Shown one piece after another: positions 24,119-36,633 of a stretch of DNA of 64,000 nucleotides. Location: positions 104,773,140 through 104,837,139 of the forward strand of contig JARFYF010000084.1 in assembly GCA_030265395.1 (NCBI GenBank). Direction: 5' to 3'. The position numbers were made by a program, and so were the translations under genes. The stretch's first letter is position 1. Each line of letters begins with the position of its first letter. The stretch comes from Rhina ancylostomus. Its lineage: Eukaryota. The notes under the pieces are model-generated. The model was not told the origin of the DNA, made no database searches, and saw only the letters and a program-made list of their open reading frames with translations.

Positions 24119-25967
24119 CTATCTCAGCTCTTTAGATTCCTATCACTGTACATAAGTAGGGGGGGGGGGCAATCTAAATGCACATTCAACAAGCTCACTC
24201 AAATCGAGGTCACAATCATTGCGCTTCTCGTCCAAACCTTGCATGCATTTACCAAAATCGAAAGGCACTCCTTCAACATGCAGAGCTGTTTGTCTCTGAG
24301 ATTATTTTCCAACTACTTGAGGGGGCTTTCGGGGTTTTAATGCCGAATTCCAATTCAAATGAGTAAATTGAATTGCAAATTCAGCACGAGAATACTTGTT
24401 AGTCCCCACTAAATATGGCGGGGGGTTCTTTATTAGCTCTGTGCAGGATTTCACGCGATCTGAATGCATGTCATTCATTCCAGTAATGATAAGCCATTGC
24501 AACTTGTGTGCACTGCAATAATCACGAGTTCAAGGTTTGTCCGAAGAAAAGAGCTAGTCAGATGACACAGTCAATAGAGATATATTTTCCTTTTTCTCTT
24601 CTCCCACGTCCCCCCACCAAAAGGAAAATAAACAAAACAGTAGCTTTAACTTTTCTTTTCTAGCACCACTGATTACATTTAAGATATATTAAAGACGCAA
24701 GTTTGTTAGAAATGATCCTCTACCTTTTGGGTTAGATATAGAATAATGGCTTTCGCTCTTCATACAGATCTCACCTTCATCGTGAATGCTTCCAGATGTC
24801 CTATCTGCTAGGATTTTTCGATTCTTCAAACTCTTCAGATTTGTGCAGATTAAAAGATGTGGTGTGCATTTTGTTCAAAGAAAATCAATTTCCTACATCC
24901 GAGCGGTGCTCTGCTTCCTCTGTCTTCGTGGCTGTTCGCTCAACTGAAACCACTCGTCCAAGACAGCAACAACCCAGATATACTAGCAAGTCATAAAACT
25001 CAACAAAAGCCGACAAACGTTACAGCACCATTGCTATATAGCCCAGACAAATTACGACCGTCTAGGTAATATTTAAATAGATTGCAACGGTAATTGCCAG
25101 TCTTTAAACCCACCATTCCTGCAGTAAACTTCCTCAACAGATAAAGGTAAGAAAAAACACGGAACACAAAATGAAGTAAAAACAATGTGCATATACCTAT
25201 CTCAAAGGACTCCGACGAAATGCGTTTTATTCATCTTCCAGAAAACACAAGTTTTTGTTAACGTACACAGTGCAGCAGCAATAAGACCAGGCATAATCCG
25301 AGTCTTCCAGTAAGAGTGTTTCATCTTTTCAAAACCAAAAATGAATCAATTCTAGTTGATTTTATTTTCTTTTAAAAGTGAATCGACGGCACTGAATAAA
25401 AGGTCCGACATCCTACTCATTTATGTTTGCAACAATGTTTCACATTTAAATGTGCTATGGTGCTTCCTTTCATGGCGTGTGATATATTTATGTAACAACA
25501 CACTTTACAGCATATTCACATTTAACTTTTATCAACATGTCGGTATATGGTAGTAACATCATCCTGGGACTATATTAACAGCATCAAATGCATTTAAATA
25601 TTACAATGTTCGATTTACTTAGCTGATAATTGGTAACTAGCACAATTAAATGATTGTTGACATGTTCACCACCCTGCTTCCCTACCCCACCCCCTCCCAA
25701 CCCTATCCCTCCGCAGTTGTTTGGAAAATCGTCATACAGGACGATAACTTCTGTGCATGCCTTACTTATCGATGGCAACACTTATTATTATAGATACAGA
25801 AACAGACTAGCGCCACAAATAAAAACAAAAACACATAAATCGTAATTATCTACAATCAGCACAAGGCTGAGAAGTCAGAGGTAAGTGGAAAAGTTTTTAG
25901 TCTTTCAGTAACACTAGCACAACTTCCCGATGTCCGGCTAAAATATGCAAACCAGTGTCTGTGTTTA

Positions 25968-26242
25968 TCATGAAAAACTGAAGTTAGCTGTGAGCTCCCG
26001 AATCCTGTTCTCACGGTTCATTTTCTTGAGTTTCATTCTGCGATTTTGAAACCAGATTTTGACCTGTCTGTCAGTCAGGTGGACACTGCGGCTAATCTCT
26101 AGGCGACGCTCTCGAGTCAGGTACATGTTGAAAAGAAACTCTTTCTCCAGCTCCAGGGTCTGATGTTTGGTGTAAGGGCATCGTTTTTTCCTGCCACTCT
26201 TTGCAGTCAGCCAGTTAGCCCCACTTTCAGCTTTCACTTCCC
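25968..26242 (-). CDS. HoxA10: HoxA10 exon 2 (homeodomain)
   Basis: The acceptor is tttttacttaatag|GG. Encodes [83 protein letters not shown]. Total protein is 343 aa. Confidence 0.96.
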
Positions 26243-27747
26243 CTATTAAGTAAAAATGATAGAAAGCAAAGGAACGAAACAGAAAGCAAAGAGAGNNNNN
26301 NNNNNNNNNNNNNNNNNNNNNNNNNNNNNNNNNNNNNNNNNNNNNNNNNNNNNNNNNNNNNNNNAGAGAACAGATTCCAGAGAAAGAAAAGAAAGTTTCG
26401 TCAAAAAGTTTTCAAAGGGAACCTACTTGTGGTAAAATGGATGCTTTTACCTATATTCTTCGTGGTACAGTGTCAAAAAAATAGGTACAGTATCTTTACA
26501 TATAATATGAAATATCCGAAGTACTGCATCCTCTATTTATTTTAAATGTTCACTTTTAATGTCAGGGCAGTATTGTACCATTTTTCCGTATTTGTCAATA
26601 CCTTTGGTGTATGTTCTCATGGAACGCGAAAAAAATAACACATGTTGAACTATTTCATGATTTAAACAGATTTGAAGGATTACGTAGTATTAAAGTGAAC
26701 AGTGGGGTCTTTTAGGATGAAGATGAAATTAGTTTGTAAATTTATTTAAATAATATTAGATATATTTTAAACAATTGTCAAGAATCTATGAACTTAGAGT
26801 GACACTGTCAGATTGATTTCATTTCATTCTGCAAGAGTCTCATTCATTCTCCCTTTCAAGGTGTTTCATTAATACCAATGCAGTTGGTTATTCACTAAAA
26901 GAAAAGTACTCCTGTAATTATCATAAAATTCAATATTTTGCTAAGCACCAGTAGGTGTGTCTTTCCCTTTGCTATCATTTCAAACTTTGAAGTTTTCAAC
27001 CCTATTTTTCCCCTGTTTCACATCAAACAAAACCTATCTTCATCCATGCCAATAATCTAAGGAGATTAAGCGAGCTTTTTCGTTTGAGCAAATAACTCCA
27101 AAGGTAACAGATCGAAATATATTCCTCTTTACTTGAAAGCTTTAAGACTCTTGCCTTTTCAATTCCTCACTTTTTTCACTGGATCTAACTTATTCAAATG
27201 TTTTCTTCGGAAGTTCGTTAGAGTTGCAACTAAAATGATCGGTGGGCTTTTAATTTTTCAATTGTGATGCTCTGTTACAGTTAACTGGATGAATTTTAAA
27301 TACAGTAAGAGAAAAACTAGGCAACCCTTAAAGCTGTCTTTTAACATCTATTTTCATATTTTTAACAAAATCCCATGAGGAATGATTCTATACTGACTTA
27401 ATAGCATCAAATGTCTTCAAGCAAAATATGACAACATTATCTTTTATTATTTTGAAAACTTTTCCTATTTTTTATTTCAACCTTTTTCTCGAAAGACGCG
27501 CTAGATCATAAAACGTCCCTGGGTTCCTTTGAGTATTATTTATTGGCTGTCTTTTATTTACTTTGGACTCTGTGTGCAAATATGTCCTTCTATGCGGTAC
27601 ACTTAAATAACTGCAGAAAGGCTTCGTGGTTTGTAACTTATCTGACAAGTTTAGAATGTGAGTACAATTGATTCCGGAGCGTGGGCTCATGCTATAAACT
27701 ATAGTAGGCATTAATTTTTACAGCATAGCTCACGCCCAAAAATAAAA

Positions 27748-27761
27748 AGTTCACAAGGTCA
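27748..27761 (+). promoter_or_regulatory. DR2 retinoic acid response element in the HoxA10 intron
   Basis: AGTTCA-ca-AGGTCA is a perfect RGKTCA direct repeat with a 2-nt spacer, flanked by ATAAA sites, about 100 nt into the intron. Confidence 0.65.
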
Positions 27762-27862
27762 AAATAAACCCCCCTTTGTTAGGCTTGTTGGCTGTACCTG
27801 CCACGTCTAACCATTTCTGACTGCTAGCTCTGTAAATCGCCCACTGTCTCTCATGTACCTAC

Positions 27863-28619
27863 CTTTTGTTTCTTTCTCAGGAGAGTTTTTGGTGTTTTCT
27901 GAAGGGACTGGAGAAGACTCTTCGTTTGCTGAAGAAGCCGGAGCCTCTGCCTCTTCTCTCTCCGAACCGCAAGTTAAATGGCCGGGGGATGTCCCTTCGC
28001 TTCCTTTTCTCCCCAACTCACTCGGGGTCGAAGCTGAAGAAGGGGGTGTTCCAAAACGGATCTGGGACTGAGGCACGAATGGAGAGGCCCCAACCTGCCC
28101 AGTGTTATAAAGTGTCTGTTTGGATGTCGGATAGGCTTGGGACAGACGGAAATAGCCGGGCACAGGAACCCCGCCGCTAGTAGTAGTGTCACTGTTAGAG
28201 CACGATTCTGAGGTTAGCCTTGGAAACGTGGAAAGATCTGTTGCTGCCGCGCTTTTTGGACATTTCTCAGAATCATATAAGCAATATGCGTTTTCTTCTT
28301 TGATATTCTGGGGGAAGGAACATGCTGCTACTTGCTGGGTTGCAGGTTGCTCCATGCGACAGGACCTAGGAGGTTCTGACCAGACCTCCATCCCGCTCAT
28401 GTAGGGATGAGAAGTCAGGACCATACTCTGAGAGTTGTTCTCACCGCGTTTGCTCAGAGATGGGAAAAGTCCACAGTTCTGGATGCCGTATGATAGATCA
28501 GAGCCAGGCGGCAGGTATACGCTGTTGTTGGGGTAATAGGTCCCTTCCCCGCCACGGCCCACGCTGATCAGAGAATCTACTAAAAAGGAGTTTGCAGCCG
28601 GGCTGTCTGAGCATGACAT
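27863..28619 (-). CDS. HoxA10: HoxA10 exon 1
   Basis: Starts MSCSDSPAANSFLVDSLIS and contains QNIKEENAYCLYD and VPVPGYFRLSQAY. The donor is AAA G|GTAGG at 27863/27862. Length is 757 nt (phase 1). Confidence 0.95.
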
Positions 28620-28732
28620 TGTTGTGGGGTAATTTGGCGAAAGCAGAAGATATCCAGTTCAGGCTGACATTTCTTGTGCAAACACGTTGAATATGATTAG
28701 AGATACCTCCGCAGCACGACAGGCGGGACGAG

Positions 28733-28787
28733 CCAATCAAAAGGCAGAGCTGGGCATAAGCCCCTCCTTCGTGGCCGGGCTACGTCA
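28733..28787 (-). promoter_or_regulatory. HoxA10 proximal promoter (CCAAT, CRE-like)
   Basis: CCAAT at 28733-28737 and TACGTCA at 28781-28787, within a GC-rich patch. Confidence 0.5.
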
Positions 28788-29806
28788 CCAGAACTGCAAT
28801 AAGGTCACCATATGTATTCGGTAAACTGCAAAAGCGTCTAAATGCATCTTTATTTACTCAGTTCTACTTTATTAGAATCACGTCCTTCAAGTAAAATAAT
28901 AGAAGGGCACAAAATGTAATTCAATATTACAAGTTTCAGCAAAACGCAGAGCTAAACAACTGTTTCAAAGTTGTAGTTATTTACATACTTCTAATTATTC
29001 GCACATGCAGTTGACAAAAAGAACAAAGTTTTAGTCCTATATTATACACTTTTAATCACGCGTTGAGGTTCACAGACGGATGCACGCGAGAAAACATAAG
29101 TAATCTTGACTTTCACGGCTCTGATTGTAATTACCCAGCCGGCTGCTGCAACAGTTTCACAGCAATCACTGTAATTCAGATCCACACTGAGTCTTTACTG
29201 ACTGTTACCACTGTTGCCATTCCTTGTAGAAATCACTGCTGAAGTACAAATCCGTGGTTGTATATCTGGCCTTTGTAGTTTGAAGTGTACTGGGTTAATA
29301 GAACTTACAGCAGCTCTGTAGGTTAAGTGTAGAAGGTCGGAGTCAACAAACTAATAAAACAACCACTTATTTTTTATCCATCCACCTATTTCTACAGCAC
29401 GGATATTTGGGGGTGACTGAATTGTGGGCAATTCTTGATATTTCATACCAAATTACAATTTCAAGAAATAGAAAACATTTCTTTCTAAGTACTTTATCAT
29501 CTGTTCTTCGACTGGCTGGGCCAGAGTATACATCGTTTACCACATCTATAAAATCGACCTCATCATTTCGTCTTAAAAATAGAATACATTGCAGTTAAAT
29601 AAAATTTACAAGCATCTTAACTGCAACTCAATCAAGTTTAAAACAAAGCGCGAAGCAGAAGCTCCCTCCAGACTTTGTCATTCTCGCCCATTCAAAGATA
29701 ACTTAGAAATGAAGCCAAAGGAAAAAAATTGCCCTACCTTTTTTATTCAGTGTCGAAGTGTGACCTTCGATTGGTGAGCTTTCCCCCCCCCCCCCCCCCA
29801 ATTTAA

Positions 29807-30325
29807 NNNNNNNNNNNNNNNNNNNNNNNNNNNNNNNNNNNNNNNNNNNNNNNNNNNNNNNNNNNNNNNNNNNNNNNNNNNNNNNNNNNNNNNNNNNNNN
29901 NNNNNNNNNNNNNNNNNNNNNNNNNNNNNNNNNNNNNNNNNNNNNNNNNNNNNNNNNNNNNNNNNNNNNNNNNNNNNNNNNNNNNNNNNNNNNNNNNNNN
30001 NNNNNNNNNNNNNNNNNNNNNNNNNNNNNNNNNNNNNNNNNNNNNNNNNNNNNNNNNNNNNNNNNNNNNNNNNNNNNNNNNNNNNNNNNNNNNNNNNNNN
30101 NNNNNNNNNNNNNNNNNNNNNNNNNNNNNNNNNNNNNNNNNNNNNNNNNNNNNNNNNNNNNNNNNNNNNNNNNNNNNNNNNNNNNNNNNNNNNNNNNNNN
30201 NNNNNNNNNNNNNNNNNNNNNNNNNNNNNNNNNNNNNNNNNNNNNNNNNNNNNNNNNNNNNNNNNNNNNNNNNNNNNNNNNNNNNNNNNNNNNNNNNNNN
30301 NNNNNNNNNNNNNNNNNNNNNNNNT
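29807..30325. other. Largest assembly gap (N-run); many smaller gaps occur throughout
   Basis: About 520 consecutive N. Its content cannot be assessed. Confidence 0.99.
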
Positions 30326-32604
30326 TAATCTAAAGCAGGTTATTTAAAATATCGTTTCAGTTAAAGTCAGCGGGATATGAAGGCCGGCTTTACACGCATC
30401 GTGTTTGCTAAGGGGCCGTCTCGGAGGATTCCTTATTCATGCTTGTTTTTTAAGCACAAACGACTGTTTAGAATTATCACGGCCGTCCAGAAAACCTATA
30501 AAAACCTGAATGTTCTGTATCGAAAAATTTGAAAATATTCCCTTTGCAGTCCCACTGTGCCCATGACACGTATGATCATGGGAGCAGACAAAGATTTAAT
30601 GGGGAAAAATAACAATTACCATCTCTGCCAGAGTCTCATATATAAAGGTTCAGGCTACTGTACACCAATGCTAACAAGCGACGCATTTATGTGTTGGAGG
30701 CATGATATTTATCTGGTTCTCTTGGTAAATGTTTCATTGCTTAATAAATTGATACCATATTTGGATAATTTTATTGGTGTATTTTTGGAAAGGTTTAAAC
30801 GTCTATAACCCAATTTCCCAGTAAAACTGTAATGGGGATAGTGGATTGGTTTCTCCAGTTTCTAAGACACTACAGGCCTTTCTTAACTTTATGGATAGGA
30901 ATTGAGCGAGGGCCGTGAGTCTCATGTGCACATTTAAAAAACCCACACCAGGAAGTAATTGAAGCAGCAAGNNNNNNNNNNNNNNNNGTTTCTTTTCTTG
31001 CCTTTAAGGTGTACGTGACTGTTAATTACAACATTGGTAACAGTTAAGAAATGTGGTTAACTCTGCCGAGGAGGTTGGGGAGATGAAATGCCTTTATCGT
31101 ATATTTCAGGAACCTGGCTAGAGAAGAAAATAAATTAAAGAAATAGGCTATAGAAAGTGCATAATTCTGATCAAGTTTATACAGTACTTTTTGTGGCGAT
31201 CAGTGCGTTCTATCTGACATAAGAAAGAATAACGAAGACAATTTCCTTTGCGCCAAGCTATTTCGATCGTGGGTACTTCAAGATTTCTACATTTCTCCAT
31301 CAACGCGTAAGCAATAAACACACGTCTTGAAACGCCGCAGCAAATGAGGTAAATAATACGTTGTCCAGTCAGTGGTAAAGGGGGGAACATAGACAGTAGT
31401 GGAGCGAATAGTGGTTCTTCAGTAAATAAGCGATTTCAATGTCTAAACTGAGCAGGCTGTGCCCACTCACAGCTCGGACTCGTTGTTAGCCTAGATCGTG
31501 AACTTAAGACTGAAGGCCAGACTGGATGCCTTTCACTCTTTTCCGGATAAAGATCCAAGGAGAAAACTCACACATTCACCGCTTTCAGCACTGAGTGAGA
31601 TTGCTTATAATTATTTAGCTCTTTTTGTTTTGCAGTAACAAAATGTATCCAACACTTTGTGAACTTCAAAACAAAACTCCTCACCCTTCAAGTGTATCGG
31701 CCATTGTATGTGCGCAGTGAAATCTTTTCGTACAAGGAACCAGAGCAGATAGTTCCAATCTGCGGGCTCCGATTTAACATATACCGCCCTTTTTTTAGAG
31801 TAATAACAGTTATTTGTGACGCTCTAAGATTGCTGGGGAAGTCGACGAGATAAAATTGCTTTTTGTCTCAAAGATAAAGACAAGAATGTCACCCTTTAAC
31901 TGCTTATGCATTCAATGGCTTTCCAGGCAACCATCCCGAGATCCCAATACAATTGCCTATCAGAATGTTCAGGTAAAGATTTTTTTTAGACTGATATAGA
32001 AGTCTGAGACTGACCTAATCTAAAACTGAAAACCCGCGGAATTAAAGTGCTTTGTTTCTCTCTATTTGATGCTCACAGGATAAAACACTTTGAAACAGAA
32101 ACACTATTCAACAATTTCAGAAAGTTATGCAGGAAGAACTTTGTATGCAGTTAACAATTAAAATGCAAACTAACGCCGATCGATCGCAGACAAGAAATAT
32201 AAAAATCAAGGATATCAAAATTCACTAAATCTTATCGTCCACTAAATCGACAGTCCTAACTAATCTGGTTAACTGTCGCCACAGCACTGTTGCGGGAACA
32301 ATAATATTTATTTTGGGATAATCTGTTGTATAATGCTTTAATTTTTTTTTAAAAATCGTGAGCCTAAGACTTCAATTTAAATGCATCGTTTACACCCAAA
32401 TTTCAATGCAGAATAAACGGAAATCAAGCCAGAAAACGAAAAAGATTGAAACGTCGAACAACAAGATTGAATGAAATGTAGGGTAATAACAGGAATGGGC
32501 GCATGACTGTTTTATGGTTTGGAATAAAATAATATTAATAACAATATTTTTCAATTGCCTGCTTAAATTGACTTCCGTAAACATGCCTCGAACAATTTAA
32601 AACA

Positions 32605-32720
32605 GAGACAAAAGACTTGCATTTAAACAGCGCCGTTCACAACCTCGGGACGTCCCAAAGCGCTTTACAGCCAATGAAGTACTTTTTGATGTGCAGTCCC
32701 TGTTGTACCGTGGGAGACCT
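32605..32720 (-). mobile_element. 3' fragment of a Deu-domain SINE (SacSINE1/AmnSINE-like, shark type)
   Basis: The minus strand reads ...acaacagggactgcacatcaaaaagtacttcattggctgtaaagcgctttgggacgtcccgaggttgtgaacggcgctgtttaaatgcaagtctttt. This matches the recalled 3' end of chondrichthyan DeuSINEs (…aagtacttcattggctgtaaagcgctttgggacgtcctgagg…gcgctatataaatgcaagtc). Confidence 0.75.
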
Positions 32721-34671
32721 AATTCATTTGTTCTATTTTAATCTTGTTTCAGCTCAGCTATTATACTGTTATGTACAATTAAGCTCCAGTATCCCCCGTT
32801 TTAAATTTAAAAAAACTGAGAAAATGCGATTGGATTGTACAATTTCAAATGAACTAATCGACTTTGAACGTGAACAATGAACAATATTCCACAAGGTAAA
32901 GGTTTTTACGAGTGAAATCAAGCGCTTGTATTTATAGTGAAGACTTGCACACTTCAGTTTAGGCTTGCTCAATGAAAACAGCATTCTAACAATTCAAAAG
33001 ATGTTCAGATGAAAATAGGGTGGGGGTCTTTTCACTCTATTATATAAACTGAATAGAGTAAATAGCTGTGCCGAATTGTGAATTAAGATATCTTTTTTTT
33101 TAATGAAACGAGATCTTGAATAATTCTGATGTTAATTTCCTTTTAGAGATTACAGGTAAAATTGTTTAAATTATGCGGAAACCACGCATGCAAAATACAT
33201 GCAAATAAATACAGAATTGCGCAAACTCATTTATTATTCTATGTGGCTTTAAAATTAACGAGATTTTGATTAGATTTTGTTGAAATAAATAGATGATTTT
33301 CATTTATTTGAAATTACTTTTTTTGTTAAGTATACAATTTGCAATCATCTGACTAACGGATTTTGATTTTATTAACCATGTTCTTCATGGTACACGACAG
33401 AGGATTTTCTTTTCACGCTGGCAGAATAGCTCATTGGCTTTATAACAAAAAAAGCGGCGATTCAGTTACACAGGCCACGGTGAAGGTGACGCAGCAGGGG
33501 TCGAGTCACAAACCAAAAAGGTCCGTGTTTTGCACCACGTTGAAAATAAAGAGTTGGCGTAAAATGTACGATTACATCAAATTCTTCACATTTGTAACCT
33601 ACTCTGTCTGGAACGTTTCACTCAATAACTTGATACCTTCAAACAATGAAGGATTCGTGGCATTAATGTTCAATTTAAAGCCGTTCTATAATCTAGTATT
33701 ATCTTCTTATTAAGGAAAAATACATGGTAATTTCTTCAGCTGTGAAGTGTGCACATGCCAGTTCTGTTTATAAATGGTTAACGCATTACTATACTCCCTC
33801 CCACCATTTCAAATATGGAACTGACTGTAACCAGTTCTATCATATTTTACAATTTACTGCCGGAGAAATAAACTCTCTTTTAGCAAAATACTTCACGGCA
33901 TATTGGTATCCTGCTTTCAGGGGCTTACTGGGAACATAGCGGAAGTTTTCATGCAAAGGAATAGGCAAAGAGTGATTTGTAAAATGGATATGAACAGTTC
34001 AACCATGCAGCCAACTATGCACAATGAATCATTTTTGTAAAGTGTTTTGTTAGGAGTAGGAAAAAAAAGGAGAAATTGACCTTTTAAAAATCAATAAGCT
34101 TAATTTCGGGTTGTCTAAATTGTTTTATTTTCCGAAAAGTTGGAGAGTTCCAGACCGAGCTCATGTTTGTTCTATATTCCATCCTACTTTTTTAAAATTA
34201 ATACTTCAATGTTCTACATTTTTGGCAAACTCACACAGGCAGTGCCTACTCTTCCACAGTTTATTTTCGAGATTCGTCCAGTTTGATATTAATCCAATCA
34301 TCAGATATTTAATCAAAGGGTTAATGTTTTCGCACACTTCAAAGACTGGAATTTCAGCAATTGAAAACTAGAATGCACTAGTTTCTGAAGCAGAAAACCT
34401 GAACTCTCTAGCAAGAGGAAAGAACAGTTTGGAAATTTTCTCTTGTTAATGATATGGTCTTTAACAAATAGGCTACCATTGACTTTTTGCATCTATCGTT
34501 CCGGCAAACATGAACATTTAAATTACCTTTCAAAACTAAGGTCTATTTTACTTGCTTTATTAAGATTCTGGTTACTTAATTTATTTAGTACTGCAATACC
34601 CGAATACACTTTATACAGCAACCAAAAACAGAATGAATGACTATTGCGCTGTGGTGCAAGTGCTAATCCTA

Positions 34672-34688
34672 GACCCAGAGGGCGCTGT
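34672..34688 (+). promoter_or_regulatory. CTCF-like motif between HoxA10 and HoxA11
   Basis: GACCCAGAGGGCGCTG, preceded by a TGCAAGT upstream-motif-like sequence. Confidence 0.55.
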
Positions 34689-36614
34689 GGCCTAAGATTG
34701 CCTCAGCCTCCAAATGGTATGCTTTAAATATTGAAGTTGTACTGATTCTTGATAGGAATGCATTTCATGACATTCTTGATAACACGTCATTAAATAATAA
34801 GAAGATAATAATTGGAAGTTGCCATTTTGTTACATTATCTGAAACAAAGGAATACAGTGACAAGATATGCTGGCGGCATTATTCAAACATAGAAAGTCGG
34901 TAATTTTTCACAATTTAACTGAAAAATTCCATAGCTAATAATTAAGGAAAATTAACGGTTTAACGAAACCCTTTACTAGATTAGCACAGTCGCACAAGGT
35001 TACAAATACACAGCCAAGCATGCAATAAGCAAAACCACAATACTGGTATCCACCACAACAATTTAACGCAATATTATTTGTCACAAGCATCATGTTTATA
35101 CATTGTTTAGCCGAACTAGTCATCAGAGGCCATCGTTACTGAGCGCAAAACTGTACCAGACAAAATTAACNNNNNNNNNNNNNNNNNNNNNNNCAGAGCA
35201 AGTATAATCTTCATGTGAAATTTACTTCAAAATGTAAACAATCGTGCACTTAATTTTAGTTTAATATGCTCCGAATTGATGTTAAATTTTGGCCAATTTT
35301 ACATTACTTCGCACCCACTTGTTAATTATTCGTCTATGTTAAAAACCCAACATGGCCAATAGATATCAACAAATAAGAGAAATAATCTGCAGAATTAGAT
35401 TAATGTAATTTCTGCGCTAACTGTTAAAATTAAGCAGTGCGAGAAAAATAATCGAATATACGTTGGAAACATATGCACCAAATGTTTCACAATGCTTCGT
35501 CATAATTTAAAAATACACAATTAATTGAAAAGACGCTACCCCGCTAAACAATGCGGGCAAATTAGGAAATCTAGCCGAGTTACATGATTCCGTTGAAGTT
35601 TAAACATTCGATCAATATTTAAGAAACAGATAAAACTGTGATAATTTGACTGTTACATTTCAATGAACTCGTGGCTATTTCTAAAGAAGAAATATATCTT
35701 TATTCTTTCGTTTTAAAAAAATAAATAATAAATGGGAAACGGACGAGACCAGAGAATAGATAAGCTACTGAAATGCTCTGAATCCTAAATACTAAATCAA
35801 ACATCAGCGGTTGAGCACATTTAAGACCTATGAACGTTTTGAAGAATACATGTGGTCATTTCGCCAGCATATTTCTAAAAATTACATTATGTTCTGGTTG
35901 TTGGAAAAAAAATCAAATTTAACATTGCCGATGAAATGTTAAGATAATATCTCTTGGTGTCCAATAAGTAGTATTATGTCGATAAAAGAAATCATGCAAT
36001 ATCATGCAAAAACGGGAGGAAAAAAATAAAAGAACGAATACCAGAAATTCAATTCCAAAAATAAACCTTTCCTTCCCAACCGACAAATTCCACAAGGTAC
36101 ATTTTGCATTGTTATTATTGTAAAACATTTTCGTGGTTTATTTAAGATGCAAGTTTATTGTATTTTCTAACCTATTTTCTAAAGTCAGTTGAAGTCTGCT
36201 GTATTTGAAGTAAATTCCGTGCACTTTCCCTTTCCCTGATGTTTATTTTTTAATGAAATAAGAGCAGTTAAAAAATCATTGCACCCGAATTCAAATCTCA
36301 CACTAATTGTAAGGTTAGCTGTTGAATTCCTTGTTGATAATTGTGTGGTAACATGTCCCAGTTGAAGAATCCATGTCGTATCTGCATGGAACCCGATCAC
36401 CTACCTTTTGTTAGCAAAACAAAGCTGTTATTTTTGAGCTCTTTTGGACATTCAATATGTATTGGATTTAATATGTCAAACAGAGAGGTTCGGTTTTTAA
36501 TTTGCCTTCAAAAAGTCACATACCTCTCTTTAAACTCGCACTTTGGAACAGCGACAAAGTGTTTTTCCTTATATTTTGTTTGCTGCCCCAAAGCGGCTTT
36601 GACATTGATCTAAA

Positions 36615-36633
36615 TGGCGCCACCATGTGGACT
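36615..36633 (-). promoter_or_regulatory. CTCF-like motif between HoxA10 and HoxA11
   Basis: The minus strand reads GTCCACATGGTGGCGCCA. Confidence 0.5.
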
